A stretch of 64,000 nt of DNA from Dehalococcoidia bacterium. Lineage in GTDB: Bacteria > Chloroflexota > Dehalococcoidia > Bin125. Below the pieces are notes generated by a model that had not been told where the DNA came from, did no database searches, and saw nothing but the letters and a program-made list of their open reading frames with translations. Below, piece after piece: positions 38,707 through 48,817 of this stretch. Position 1 is the stretch's first letter. The number at the start of each line of letters is the position of its first letter. Made by a program: the position numbers and the translations under genes. The stretch covers positions 448,001-512,000 of the forward strand of contig OY820591.1 of NCBI GenBank assembly GCA_963555985.3, written 5' to 3'.

Positions 38707-40479
38707 ATGAGCGAGCGAAACTACTGGCAACGGATGAAGGGGCGTCGGTTGAGCCGGCGATCGCTGCTGCGAGCCTCGGCTCGCGCGGGGATCGGTGCGG
38801 GCGGCCTGATCCTGATCGGCTGCGGGGACGATGACGACGATGGCCAGCAGCAGGCGGCGCCGGCTGCGGCTCAGGCGCAGCCGCAACAACAGCAGCAGCA
38901 GGCTGCGCCCGCGCAGCAGCAGCAACAAGAGCAGCAGCAAGCCGCTCCGGCGCAACAGCAGCAAGAACAGCAGGCCGCCGTCGCTCAGGCTCAGCAGGCC
39001 GACGACGGCCCGCGGCAGGGCGGCAGGCTGATCGCCGGCGACACGACCAACTTCGAGGACGATGTGACGCTGCCCTACGCGATCGCTGAGGGCCGATTCA
39101 CTCAGCCGCCTGACGCTGGGATCTGGGACTGGTTGGCACAGCGCGGGGACTCGCTGGAGCCGGAGCCGCGACTCGCCGAGTCGTGGGAGCAGAACGCCGA
39201 CGCGACGGCCACGATCTTCAAGCTGCGTCCGGGCCTCGAATTCCACAACGGCAAGCCGCTCAACGCCGAGGCGGTCAAGCTCAGCTATGAGGCGATGAAC
39301 TGGGAGGACACGCCCAACAGCCAGGTGCGAGGGCTCGCAGGCGTATACCTCGAATCGATCGACGTGATCGATGATGTGACCGTGCAGTTCAACCATTCGA
39401 ACTGGCCGGGGCCGGTGATCTACGACCTGGTCACGTTTGCGCCGATCGCCGACTCTGACACGATCACGGCCTTGGCCGCGATGGAGGAGATCAATGGCAG
39501 CGGCCCGTTCAAGTTCGACTTCAGCGAATGGGAAGCGGGCGCGAAGTGGGTGTCGGTACCGCACGAGAACGGCTACCTGACCCCGCACCTCGACGCGATC
39601 GAATATCGCAAGATCCCAGACGAGGACACGATCGTGCTGGCGCTCGAGAGCGAAGAACTCGACATGGCCGTCATTCCGCTCCCGCAGTTCGACCGCCTGA
39701 GCCAGATAGAGCACCTGACCACCGATGTCGGGCCGGCATTCGGGTACTGGGTCGTCGGGCCGACGCAGACGGCGCTCGGCGGCGGTCACCCGGCGAACGA
39801 CGATCCGCGCTTCCGTCGCGCGCTGCAAAAGGCGATCGACCGAGAGCGCATCCATGAAGATGTCTTCTACGGCGTGATGCCGATTGCGAACCAGATGTGG
39901 CTGCCGACTTCGTCGGCGTATGACCCGCAGTACGACGTGGTCGCATATGACCCGGAAGGGGCGAGGGCGTTGCTGGAAGAGGCCGGTCTGTTGGGCACCA
40001 AGCTGGACATGCACATCTTCGAGGGCTGGCTCCCCGCCGGCGCGCCGGAGATCATCCAGGCGAACTTCAACGCCATTGGACTCGAGGTCACGATCAAGGT
40101 GATCGACCGGGCAGAATGGATCGAGCTCTTCCTGGCCGGCCAGATGCCCGGCTTGTACATGGCGAGCACGGGCTTCTTCTGGATGGAGCCAGAGACACTG
40201 CCGAACATGAACTATCAGTTCCGGCAGCCGGTCAACGCCGTGGCCGAGGTTTCGGACGCGTACGTCTCGATCCTGGAGGGATTTGCTTCGCAACCGACTC
40301 CGGCCGAGCGTCAAGAGTTGTTCGACCGCTGGAACCAGCTCTATTTCGACGCGCCGTGGTTGCTGCCGTACGCGGGCGCGGCCAACATCGGGGCCTATAA
40401 CCACAATCGCGTGGGCGGGTTCTACACCACGACCGCCTCCGGGAAAGTGCACAAGGAAGAGCTCTGGTTGAAGGCGTAG
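38707..40479 (+). CDS. ABC family-5 substrate-binding lipoprotein (Tat)
   Basis: SRRSLL, LIGC, Gln-rich linker, PRLAESWE, FHNGKPLNAE, GSGPF, DPRFRRAL. Confidence 0.92.
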   Translation: MSERNYWQRMKGRRLSRRSLLRASARAGIGAGGLILIGCGDDDDDGQQQAAPAAAQAQPQQQQQQAAPAQQQQQEQQQAAPAQQQQEQQAAVAQAQQADDGPRQGGRLIAGDTTNFEDDVTLPYAIAEGRFTQPPDAGIWDWLAQRGDSLEPEPRLAESWEQNADATATIFKLRPGLEFHNGKPLNAEAVKLSYEAMNWEDTPNSQVRGLAGVYLESIDVIDDVTVQFNHSNWPGPVIYDLVTFAPIADSDTITALAAMEEINGSGPFKFDFSEWEAGAKWVSVPHENGYLTPHLDAIEYRKIPDEDTIVLALESEELDMAVIPLPQFDRLSQIEHLTTDVGPAFGYWVVGPTQTALGGGHPANDDPRFRRALQKAIDRERIHEDVFYGVMPIANQMWLPTSSAYDPQYDVVAYDPEGARALLEEAGLLGTKLDMHIFEGWLPAGAPEIIQANFNAIGLEVTIKVIDRAEWIELFLAGQMPGLYMASTGFFWMEPETLPNMNYQFRQPVNAVAEVSDAYVSILEGFASQPTPAERQELFDRWNQLYFDAPWLLPYAGAANIGAYNHNRVGGFYTTTASGKVHKEELWLKA

Positions 40480-40637
40480 CCGCTCAACCGCATGTGTCGC
40501 GCCCCGCAGGAGCGCTCGGCGACGGCTCCTCATCCATCGGCTGATGGCCGAGGGGCAGTCGTCGCTCGCGCCCGTCCGCAGATCCGCCCTGAGCTCTGTG
40601 GGATTCGGTATGGTCAGCCCTCAGAGGAGCGTCGTCC

Positions 40638-41582
40638 ATGGGTTCGTTCCTGATCCGCCGCTTCGCTCAGGGCGTGGTGACGGTCTTGCTGGCCAGCATC
40701 CTGGTCTTTTTGGTCATGCGCTTGATTCCCGGCGATCCGGCGCTGCTGCTGGTCGGAACGGATGCGAGCGCCGAAGATATCGAGCAAGTGCGGGAACGGC
40801 TCGGGCTGAACGAGCCACTGGTCGAGCAGTACGTCGACTGGCTGGCGGGCGCGGTGCAGGGCGACTTCGGGCCGTCGTTTACGAAGGGCGCCGAGGTCGG
40901 GTCGCTGATGACGGTCGCGCTGGTGCCCAGCGCGGAACTCGCGGTGGCCGGCTACCTGTTCGTGCTCGTCGTTGGCATCCCGCTGGGAATCTTCGCCGGC
41001 CTGAGACCGGGCGGTGCGCCCGACTACGCCGCGACCGGATTCACGATGTTCACGCTCGGGATCCCGAACTTTGTGCTCGGGATCATCCTGATCTGGGTGC
41101 TCGCAGTCGAGTTGAGCCTGTTACCGATCACGGGCCGGGTCGCGATCACTGAGGATCCACTGGAGGCGCTCAAGTTCCTGGTCATGCCGATGATCGCGGT
41201 GGGGGCGGGGACGGCGGCGATCCTGGCTCGGTTCGTGCGGGCCTCGATCATGGAGACGTTGAACCAGGACTACGTGCGGACGGCGCGGGCCAAAGGGCTG
41301 CGGGAGCGGACGGTGGTGCTGCGGCACGCGATGCGCAACGCGCTGATCCCGGTGATCACGGTTGCGGCACTGCAGATCGGTTTCCTGATCTCCGGCGCGG
41401 TGATCGTTGAGGTCGTCTTCGCGCGGCCTGGTTTCGGGTCGCTGATCATTGACGGCGTGATCGGCCGGGACTACCAGCTCATCCAGGGAATGCTGACGGT
41501 GCTGGTGACGGTTTTCGTGGTGGTGAATACGCTTGCCGATGTCGCCTACGGGTTCGTTGATCCCCGGATCCGGGTGCAATGA
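40638..41582 (+). CDS. ABC permease, DppB/OppB type
   Basis: PGDPA, GDFGPS, YVRTARAKGL. Confidence 0.92.
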   Translation: MGSFLIRRFAQGVVTVLLASILVFLVMRLIPGDPALLLVGTDASAEDIEQVRERLGLNEPLVEQYVDWLAGAVQGDFGPSFTKGAEVGSLMTVALVPSAELAVAGYLFVLVVGIPLGIFAGLRPGGAPDYAATGFTMFTLGIPNFVLGIILIWVLAVELSLLPITGRVAITEDPLEALKFLVMPMIAVGAGTAAILARFVRASIMETLNQDYVRTARAKGLRERTVVLRHAMRNALIPVITVAALQIGFLISGAVIVEVVFARPGFGSLIIDGVIGRDYQLIQGMLTVLVTVFVVVNTLADVAYGFVDPRIRVQ

Positions 41583-42502
41583 TGGCGAACGTACAGCAAG
41601 CGCTACCCGGATTCGGAAGCGGGCCCGTTCGTGCCCGGGTCTTGCGCTGGCGGCAGCAGTCGCAGTGGTTCGATGTCGCCTATCGCGTGTCCCGCGAACG
41701 GCGAGGCCAGATCGCGATCGTGATCCTCGGCGTGTTCCTGGTCTGCGCCATCTTCGCGGGACAGATCGCTCCGTATGACTACGCGGAGCAGATTCGCGGA
41801 GCCCGGCTCTTGTCGCCGTCGTGGACGCATCCATTCGGCACCGACGAGATCAGTCGCGACCTGTTTAGCCGGGTGGTCTACGGCATCCGGATCTCGCTCT
41901 CCGTGAGTGCCGGCGCGATCGCGATCGGGATGCCGATCGGCGTCGCGATCGGCTACGCGGCGGGCTACTTCGGCCGCTGGACGGACGCGGTGGCGATGCG
42001 GTTCATCGACACGATGTTGGCGTTTCCGGGGATTCTCACGGCGCTGGTCGTGTTGGCCGTGCTCGGGACGGGCACGCGGGAAGTGGCGATCACGCTCGGG
42101 ATCGGGGCGATTCCGGTCTTCGCGCGACTGGCGCGGGGGCAAATGTTGCAGGAGAAGGAGCGCGATTACGTGATGGCGGCGCGCACGTTGGGCGCTCGGC
42201 CGATCCGGATCATCATGCGCCACATCGCGATCAACACACTGCCGCCGCTGATGATCCAGGCGGCGCTGTACATGGCGTTCGCGGTGATCGCGGAGGCGTC
42301 GCTGAGCTTTCTCGGCCTGGGCGCAGCGCCCCCGACGCCGACAATCGGGCTGATCCTGAACGCGGCCAGGCCGTTCCTGACGCTTGGCGCCTGGTGGTTC
42401 CTGCTGACGCCGATCGCGGCGCTGGCGCTGCTGCTGATTGCGCTGAATTTCCTCGCTGACGCGATTCTTGAGGCGACGAGTCCGTATGTGCGGAACAAGT
42501 AG
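41579..42502 (+). CDS. ABC permease, DppC/OppC type
   Basis: HPFGTDEISRD, YVMAARTLGA, EASLSFLGLG. Confidence 0.92.
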   Translation: MMANVQQALPGFGSGPVRARVLRWRQQSQWFDVAYRVSRERRGQIAIVILGVFLVCAIFAGQIAPYDYAEQIRGARLLSPSWTHPFGTDEISRDLFSRVVYGIRISLSVSAGAIAIGMPIGVAIGYAAGYFGRWTDAVAMRFIDTMLAFPGILTALVVLAVLGTGTREVAITLGIGAIPVFARLARGQMLQEKERDYVMAARTLGARPIRIIMRHIAINTLPPLMIQAALYMAFAVIAEASLSFLGLGAAPPTPTIGLILNAARPFLTLGAWWFLLTPIAALALLLIALNFLADAILEATSPYVRNK

Positions 42503-42531
42503 CGACCGAGCCGAAGCCCCGGCAAGTTCGC

Positions 42532-42560
42532 TTGCAAGCAGCAATCCAAATCGCCATACT
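42532..42560 (+). promoter_or_regulatory. Putative sigma70-type promoter
   Basis: TTGCAA-N17-CATACT. Confidence 0.6.
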
Positions 42561-42606
42561 GCGCGGAACCTTCACCACACCTTCGTGCAACAGGGAAGAG
42601 GCGACC

Positions 42607-44439
42607 ATGGCCGAGCGAAACTATTGGACCCGAATGCGCCGAAATCGAATGTCGCGGCGCGGACTGCTGCGTGCCAGTGCGCGGGCTGGCGTCGGCGCGG
42701 CCGGACTCGCGCTGGTGGGCTGCGGCGATGACGACGACGATGGCCAGCCGGCAGCGGCTCAGGCGCAGCCGCAAGCTCAGGAGCAGCCTGAACAGCAGGC
42801 CGAACAGCAGGCGATGCAGCAAGAGCAGCAGACACAGACTGCCGACGAACAGCAGGCGCAGCAGGCGGCCGTCGCCCAGGCTCAAGCGGCCGGCGGAGCC
42901 AAGTTCGGCGGCATGGTTCAGATCGCGGGCGACGACGGCGGCCTGTTCGACCCCGCCGCGACCATTCACGGCGGCACCGACGCATCCATCTTCCAGTGTT
43001 TCGACTTCATCAACTACCTCGGCGCGGGCAACGAGATCACCGATGCGATGGCTGAGTTGCCGGAGATCGTCGACGAGACCAATTTCGTCTACCAGATCAA
43101 ACCCGACGTCTACTGGCAGGATCTGCCGCCGCTGAACGGGCGCCAGTTCACAGCAGAAGACGCCGTGTTTGGCTACGAACGCTTCGGTTGGGACAACCCC
43201 GAGTTCGTCTATCGAGATCGCTACGTGCTGGTTGAGAGTTTCGAGGCAGTCGACGAGCTGACGATGCACGTCCAGGCCTCGGAGCCGTTCGCGCCGCTGC
43301 TGGTGGCGATGGCGGAGACCGGCGCGCTGATGGTCGCGCGCGACATCGTCGACCAGTTCGGCGACGCCGAAGTCGGCAGCAATCCCGACCTCGTCATTGG
43401 TACCGGCTCGATGATGCTAGATTCGCGCGAGCCGGATGTCGAGACCGTGCTCAAGCGCAATCCGAACTACTACCGCCCGGCCCCCGAGGGCGGCACACTG
43501 CCTTATTTCGACGGCTACAACATCATCTGGGGCCTCGACAACGCGAACCGGATCGCGCAGTACATCGCCGGCAAGACCGACTTCCTCTGGTTGCAGTGGT
43601 ACGGCGAGCTGCAAGAGATCGAGACCGTCCAGGCGGAGATCGGCGAAGACTCAATCGTGGTGGTGCCCAACCCGGTCGCGTTCGGTCTGGCGACGCACGT
43701 GCACTGCGAGGTCGAACCGTACACCGATCCGCGCGTGCGCTTGGCGCTGCACCACGCCGTCAACCGGCCCGCGATCATCGCGACCACGCTCGGGGCCGGC
43801 AATATTGGCGGCCCCATCGCCGAAACGATCGCCCCCTACGGCTGGGGGGTGGACATCCTCACGCAGTTGCCCGGCTACCGTTCCGGCGACGAGCGCGAAG
43901 CCGACCTGGCCGAGGGCCGCAAGCTGCTCGAGGCGAGCGGCTACGACCCGTCGGCAGTGCCGCCGATGGAAATCTGGGACTGGGCCTCCGATCAGGGCCA
44001 GGTGTTGCAGCAGAACTTCGGTGAAGTCGGATACGAGGTCGAGATTCTCGAACTCACCACGGCCGACTCCCTGGCCGCCCGCCAGAACCGCGAGTTCTCG
44101 ATGATCACCTTGGGCCAGCAGGCCGCAGCGGACCCGGATCTGCTCTACAACGACCTGCACACCACCGGCGGCCAGAACTACGGCAACTTCTCCGACCCGG
44201 CGATCGACGAGATGCTGGTCAAGGGCCGGACGACGTTCAGTGTGGAAGATCGCAAGGCGATCTACGACGAGATTCAGACGATTCTGCTTGAGCAGTACGC
44301 CCCGAGGCTCTGGTGGCATTGGAGCCAGGCCACGATCGGACACCGCCCCTGGTTGCAGGGCTACTACCCGACGCCGGGTATTACGCCCACCAACCAGGTC
44401 ATGAACCAGTGCTGGTTCGACGACACGAGAACCATCTAG
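42607..44439 (+). CDS. ABC family-5 substrate-binding lipoprotein (Tat)
   Basis: MAERNYW..SRRGLL..LVGC, Gln-rich linker, PPLNGRQFTAEDAVF, DPRVRLAL. Confidence 0.92.
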   Translation: MAERNYWTRMRRNRMSRRGLLRASARAGVGAAGLALVGCGDDDDDGQPAAAQAQPQAQEQPEQQAEQQAMQQEQQTQTADEQQAQQAAVAQAQAAGGAKFGGMVQIAGDDGGLFDPAATIHGGTDASIFQCFDFINYLGAGNEITDAMAELPEIVDETNFVYQIKPDVYWQDLPPLNGRQFTAEDAVFGYERFGWDNPEFVYRDRYVLVESFEAVDELTMHVQASEPFAPLLVAMAETGALMVARDIVDQFGDAEVGSNPDLVIGTGSMMLDSREPDVETVLKRNPNYYRPAPEGGTLPYFDGYNIIWGLDNANRIAQYIAGKTDFLWLQWYGELQEIETVQAEIGEDSIVVVPNPVAFGLATHVHCEVEPYTDPRVRLALHHAVNRPAIIATTLGAGNIGGPIAETIAPYGWGVDILTQLPGYRSGDEREADLAEGRKLLEASGYDPSAVPPMEIWDWASDQGQVLQQNFGEVGYEVEILELTTADSLAARQNREFSMITLGQQAAADPDLLYNDLHTTGGQNYGNFSDPAIDEMLVKGRTTFSVEDRKAIYDEIQTILLEQYAPRLWWHWSQATIGHRPWLQGYYPTPGITPTNQVMNQCWFDDTRTI

Positions 44440-44459
44440 GCGGTGCCTCTGTCAATCGG

Positions 44460-44488
44460 TTGCAAGCCTGATCGCCGCGCGTCATACT
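44460..44488 (+). promoter_or_regulatory. Putative sigma70-type promoter
   Basis: TTGCAA-N17-CATACT. Confidence 0.6.
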
Positions 44489-44550
44489 GCGCGGGTATCG
44501 CGTGAAGCACGCTCTGGATCACGTGTGCTCATTAGACGGAAGAGGTCGGC

Positions 44551-46398
44551 ATGAGTGAGCGAAACTATTGGAAACGGATGAGCCGCAATCGCCTGTCGCG
44601 GCGCGGATTGCTCCGCGCCAGCGCCCGCGCCGGTGTCGGCGCGGCGGGACTGGCGCTCGTCGGCTGCGGCGACGATGATGACGACGGCCAGCCCGCCGCC
44701 GCCGCTGTCCAACAGCAGCAAGAGCAGCAGGCGGCCCAGGTGGAGCAACAGGCCGAGCAGCAAGCCGCCCAGCAACAGGCCCAGACCCAGACCGCCGAAG
44801 AACAGCAGGCCCAGCAGCAAGCTGCCGCTCAGGCGCAGGCCCAGGCGGCCGACGGACCCAAGCAAGGCGGCATCGTCCGGATCGTGATGTCGGACGGTGG
44901 CATCTTCGACCCGGCGATTGTGATCCACGGCGGCACCTACGCCGGCGTGCACCAAATCTACGACTGGGTCAACTACCTCGACGAGGGCTTCGTGATCACT
45001 TCGGGGATGGCGGAGTTGCCGGAAGTTGTGGACGAGCTCAATTTCGTCTACTCGATCAAACCGAATGTGTATTGGCACGACAAGTCGCCTCTGGACGGGC
45101 GCCAGTTCACCGCCGAGGACGCCGTCTTCGGACTTGAGCGTTTCGGCTTCGATAATCCGGAGTTCGTGTTCAAGGATCGCTTCTCGATCGTCGAAAAGTT
45201 TGAAGCGACCGACCAACTCACGATGCACGTGGAGGCAGGTCAGGTCTTCTCGCCGATTTTGACGGCGATCGCCGAAGACAACATGCTGATGGTTTCCCGT
45301 GACGCGGTCGAGGCCTTCGGCGACGAAGGCTTGTCGACGGACTTCGAGGCGCAGATCGGCACGGGCGCATTCATGGGACTCTCACGAGAGCCGGAGGTCG
45401 AGCTCAGGCTGGAACGGAATCCCAACTATTACAAGGAGGGGCAACCCTACTTTGACGGCTACAAGGGCATCGCCCTGCCTGACGACGCTCTGCGCACCGC
45501 CGCCTTTGCGGATGGCCAGATCGATTTCCTCGACTACCAGTGGACCGGTAGCCAAACCAATCTCGAAGAGGCGGCCTCGGTGCTCGGCGAAGACGAAGTC
45601 GTGGGCGTCCAGAATCCGGTTACCTACGGTATGGCCACGCACATCCATTGCGAAGTCGAGCCCTATACCGACCCTCGCGTCCGCACTGCTGTGCATCTGG
45701 CCGCCGACCGCGAACAGCTCATTGCGCTCTCTCAGGGTTCGCTGGTGATTGGCGGCCCCATCGCGGTCGCAATCGCACCGTATGGCCGAAGCGAGGACGA
45801 GCTTCGGCAGCTGCCCGGCTACCGCTCGGGCGATCTCCGCCAGGAGGACCTGGCCGAATCGCGCGCCATGCTCGATGCGGCCGGCGTCGACCTCAACGGC
45901 TTCCCACCGATGGACATCTGGGCGCCGAGCGCGTCGGACTACGCCCAGGTGCTACAGCAGAATCTCGCCGAAGTAGGCATCAACATCGACATCAACGAGT
46001 TGACCACCACCGACGCGCTGGCCGCCCGTCAGAACCGTGAGTTCACCATGATCATGCTCGGTCAGCAGGGAGCGTCCGACCCGGATCTGCTCTACAACGA
46101 CCTGCACACCACCGGCGGTCAGAACTACGGCAACTTCTCCAACCCCGAGTTCGACGCGATGGTCGAGAAGGGCCGCTCGGTCTTCGACGTGGAAGAGCGC
46201 AAGGAGATCTACGACGAAGCGCAGGACCGTCTGCTCAACGAGTGGAACCCTCGCCTCTATTGGTCCTGGAGCAACGCGGTCGTCGCCTTCCGTCCGTATC
46301 TGAGAGGATTCCGTCCGACACCAGGACCGACCGCGTCGAACGCCATCATCTGGGGCATGTGGTTCGATCAGATCCCCGATGGCGCCGAAGAATTCTAA
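44551..46398 (+). CDS. ABC family-5 substrate-binding lipoprotein (Tat), tandem paralog of 42607-44439
   Basis: Shared blocks FDPA..IHGGT, ATH.HCEVEPYTDPRVR and DPDLLYNDLHTTGGQNYGNFS. Confidence 0.92.
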   Translation: MSERNYWKRMSRNRLSRRGLLRASARAGVGAAGLALVGCGDDDDDGQPAAAAVQQQQEQQAAQVEQQAEQQAAQQQAQTQTAEEQQAQQQAAAQAQAQAADGPKQGGIVRIVMSDGGIFDPAIVIHGGTYAGVHQIYDWVNYLDEGFVITSGMAELPEVVDELNFVYSIKPNVYWHDKSPLDGRQFTAEDAVFGLERFGFDNPEFVFKDRFSIVEKFEATDQLTMHVEAGQVFSPILTAIAEDNMLMVSRDAVEAFGDEGLSTDFEAQIGTGAFMGLSREPEVELRLERNPNYYKEGQPYFDGYKGIALPDDALRTAAFADGQIDFLDYQWTGSQTNLEEAASVLGEDEVVGVQNPVTYGMATHIHCEVEPYTDPRVRTAVHLAADREQLIALSQGSLVIGGPIAVAIAPYGRSEDELRQLPGYRSGDLRQEDLAESRAMLDAAGVDLNGFPPMDIWAPSASDYAQVLQQNLAEVGINIDINELTTTDALAARQNREFTMIMLGQQGASDPDLLYNDLHTTGGQNYGNFSNPEFDAMVEKGRSVFDVEERKEIYDEAQDRLLNEWNPRLYWSWSNAVVAFRPYLRGFRPTPGPTASNAIIWGMWFDQIPDGAEEF

Positions 46399-46491
46399 CC
46401 TCCCGGCTGGTCGCCCATGGTTGGCCAGTTCGAGCCTGGCCAATACCAGGATCACAGTAAGTAGAGTCTGCGTCCGGACAAACAGCGAGCG

Positions 46492-47448
46492 ATGCGCAAC
46501 TACATCTTCCGCCGCTTGATGCTCTTGCCGATCACGGTGATCCTGCTGTCGATCTTTGTCTTCGGACTGATTCGCCTGGTGCCCGGCTCGGTGATCGACG
46601 CGCGGCTCTCGGCCGGCTTCCCCGGGACCGCCAACGCCGACGACCGGGCCAAGCTGGAAGCGCACTTTGGACTCGATAAACCGGTGCATATCCAGTACGT
46701 CAACTGGATCGGTCAGGTCTTCAGCGGCGACTTCGGCACCTCCTGGCTGACCAAGGAAGACATCCTCGACAACTTCCGCCGCCGGATGCCGGTCACGATT
46801 GAGTTGCTCTTCTTGACGCTGCTGATCTACATCCCGCTCGGGATTGGAACGGGGGTGTGGTCGGCCGTTCGCCAGAACAAGACTGATGACTACAGCATTC
46901 GCTTCGTCACGATCCTCTTCCTCGCCATTCCCAACTTCTGGCTGGCGACGCTGGTGGTCGTGGTCCCGCTCGTGCTCTGGGGGTATGCGCCGCCCGTTCC
47001 CTATGTGCAGTTGTGGGAGGAACCCGATACCAACCTGATCCAGATGATCGTGCCCGCTGCGATCGCCGCGCTGGCTGGCGCGGCCGTGCTCGGCCGCGTC
47101 GCGCGCTCCGAAATGCTCGAGGTCTTGCGTCAGGACTATGTTCGCACCGCCTATGCCAAGGGCTTGAGCGGCTATGTCGTCGTTCTCCGCCACGCGCTGC
47201 GCAACGCGATGATTCCGTTGATCACCCTGATCGGCCTCGTCTTCGCCAACGGCGTGGCCGGGGCGGTGATCGTCGAGCAGATCTTCGCCATCCCCGGCAT
47301 GGGACGCTATCTCGTGCAATCGCTGCTCAACAACGATCTGCCAGTGGTCCAAGTTTGGATGCTGATCTTTGGAGCGGCGTTCATCCTGGTTAACCTGCTC
47401 GTCGACCTGAGCTACGGCATGTTTGATCCAAGGATTCGGTTCCAGTGA
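46492..47448 (+). CDS. ABC permease, DppB/OppB type
   Basis: GLDKP, GDFGTS, YVRTAYAKGL, EQIFAIPGMG. Confidence 0.92.
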   Translation: MRNYIFRRLMLLPITVILLSIFVFGLIRLVPGSVIDARLSAGFPGTANADDRAKLEAHFGLDKPVHIQYVNWIGQVFSGDFGTSWLTKEDILDNFRRRMPVTIELLFLTLLIYIPLGIGTGVWSAVRQNKTDDYSIRFVTILFLAIPNFWLATLVVVVPLVLWGYAPPVPYVQLWEEPDTNLIQMIVPAAIAALAGAAVLGRVARSEMLEVLRQDYVRTAYAKGLSGYVVVLRHALRNAMIPLITLIGLVFANGVAGAVIVEQIFAIPGMGRYLVQSLLNNDLPVVQVWMLIFGAAFILVNLLVDLSYGMFDPRIRFQ

Positions 47449-48335
47449 GCAGCGCAGAACCTGCCGCAGTGGCGTTTGACGTCTACGGGCTTCCAGAGAA
47501 GCCGCCGCTCCGCGTCCGCGCGCGCCGGCTCCTCCGGCAACATCCTCTGGGCGCATTTGGGTTGCTGATCGTCGTGTTCGTCATCTTCCTCGCCGCGGTT
47601 GGGCCGCTGATCGCGGGCGACGCGGAGACGATTTCCCCCGACATCCTGGTCGGGCCCAGCGGCGAGCACTGGTTCGGCACCGATCGACTCGGCCGCGATT
47701 ACCTGGCTCGGGTGGTCGCGGGCGCTCGACTCTCGATGTCTCTCGCGCTGGGCGCGATGGCAATCGGCGTCGGCGTCGCGCTGGTGCTGGGCATGGTCTC
47801 GGCCTACGCCAAGGGTGCGGTCGATCTGTTCTTGCAGCGGATTATCGACATGCTGCTGGCCTTCCCCGGTCTGGTGTTGCTGCTCCTGCTGTCGCAGGTG
47901 ATCGGGAGGGGCTGGCAATCGGTCGCCCTTGGTATGGGCATCATCTTCGCCGTCGGCATGGTCCGCATTGTCCGCGCGAGCACGCTCGCCACTCTGGCCG
48001 AGCAGTACGTCGAGGCTGCCCAGTTGATCGGCGCGTCGCCCTACCGCATCCTCTGGCGGCACGTCCTGCCCAATATGGGACCGCCGCTGCTGATCTACGT
48101 CACCGCATTGCTCGGCGGGGCCATCCTCTTTGAGGGCGCGCTTTCATTCCTCGGCCTCGGCGTTCCCCCGCCTGACCCCTCATGGGGACGGATGCTGACC
48201 GAAGCCCGCACGAACTGGAAGCACCCGCACTTGAGCATCTTCCCCGGTGTCGCCATGACGATCGCCGTACTCGGCTTCAACCTCGTCGGCGACTCTGTCC
48301 GCGACATCTTCGACCCTCGTCTGCGCGGGGCCTAA
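47445..48335 (+). CDS. ABC permease, DppC/OppC type
   Basis: HWFGTDRLGRD, YVEAAQLIGA, PSWGRML. Confidence 0.92.
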   Translation: MSSAEPAAVAFDVYGLPEKPPLRVRARRLLRQHPLGAFGLLIVVFVIFLAAVGPLIAGDAETISPDILVGPSGEHWFGTDRLGRDYLARVVAGARLSMSLALGAMAIGVGVALVLGMVSAYAKGAVDLFLQRIIDMLLAFPGLVLLLLLSQVIGRGWQSVALGMGIIFAVGMVRIVRASTLATLAEQYVEAAQLIGASPYRILWRHVLPNMGPPLLIYVTALLGGAILFEGALSFLGLGVPPPDPSWGRMLTEARTNWKHPHLSIFPGVAMTIAVLGFNLVGDSVRDIFDPRLRGA

Positions 48336-48399
48336 GGGCCATTCACATGATTCACCTGAGGGGCTGCCGCGGACTCAAGGGGAGTGAGGCCAAGACCGC

Positions 48400-48759
48400 C
48401 TAGTCGAGGACGTCTTGCAACCGACCGACGAACTCTTCGACATTGGCAAGCCCGCCGGAGACGGCTGCCTCAGTCATCCAACCCTCATAGAAGTTTTGAT
48501 GCAAGGCGTTCGCTGATTGGAAGAGAATCCGCAGCCGTTGGTCATTGGTTTCGTCCGTCAGGAGATCAACGGAGCGATACAGGTCGCCGTGAGAACTGTG
48601 CCGCCAGCCGCGAGTCTCCGCGACGGCTTTCACCATGCGCGCCGCGGCTCCCTAGCCCTTCTCCGAGGCCTGCAACAGATCATCATCGGCGAGATACACG
48701 CGGGCCTTGCTCAGGAATTCGTTCGCAGCGTCGGCGTGGTAAGTGGCGCGCGTCGTCAT
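48400..48759 (-). pseudogene. PaREP1-family gene with an in-frame amber stop
   Basis: MTTRATYHADAANEFLSKARVYLADDDLLQASEKG*GAAARM...LHQNFYE. TAG at 48654-48652 replaces the Trp seen in ASEKAWGA of the paralog at 1485. Confidence 0.8.
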
Positions 48760-48817
48760 GGCTTGACGATACTACGAATATGAGAGCGTTAGTACTGATT
48801 CGGAACGCCGGCCGTTC

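Noticed and set aside
38296-40533. Long antisense ORFs (also 50901-53183, 45952-47556, 28025-29641, 31205-32530, 59300-60832)
   Set aside because: These are shadow frames of well-supported genes in high-GC DNA, with Arg-rich translations and no motifs.
48652-48654. Pyrrolysine or stop-codon recoding
   Set aside because: TAG terminates many genes in this window, no pyl genes are present, and the codon replaces a Trp by a single substitution.
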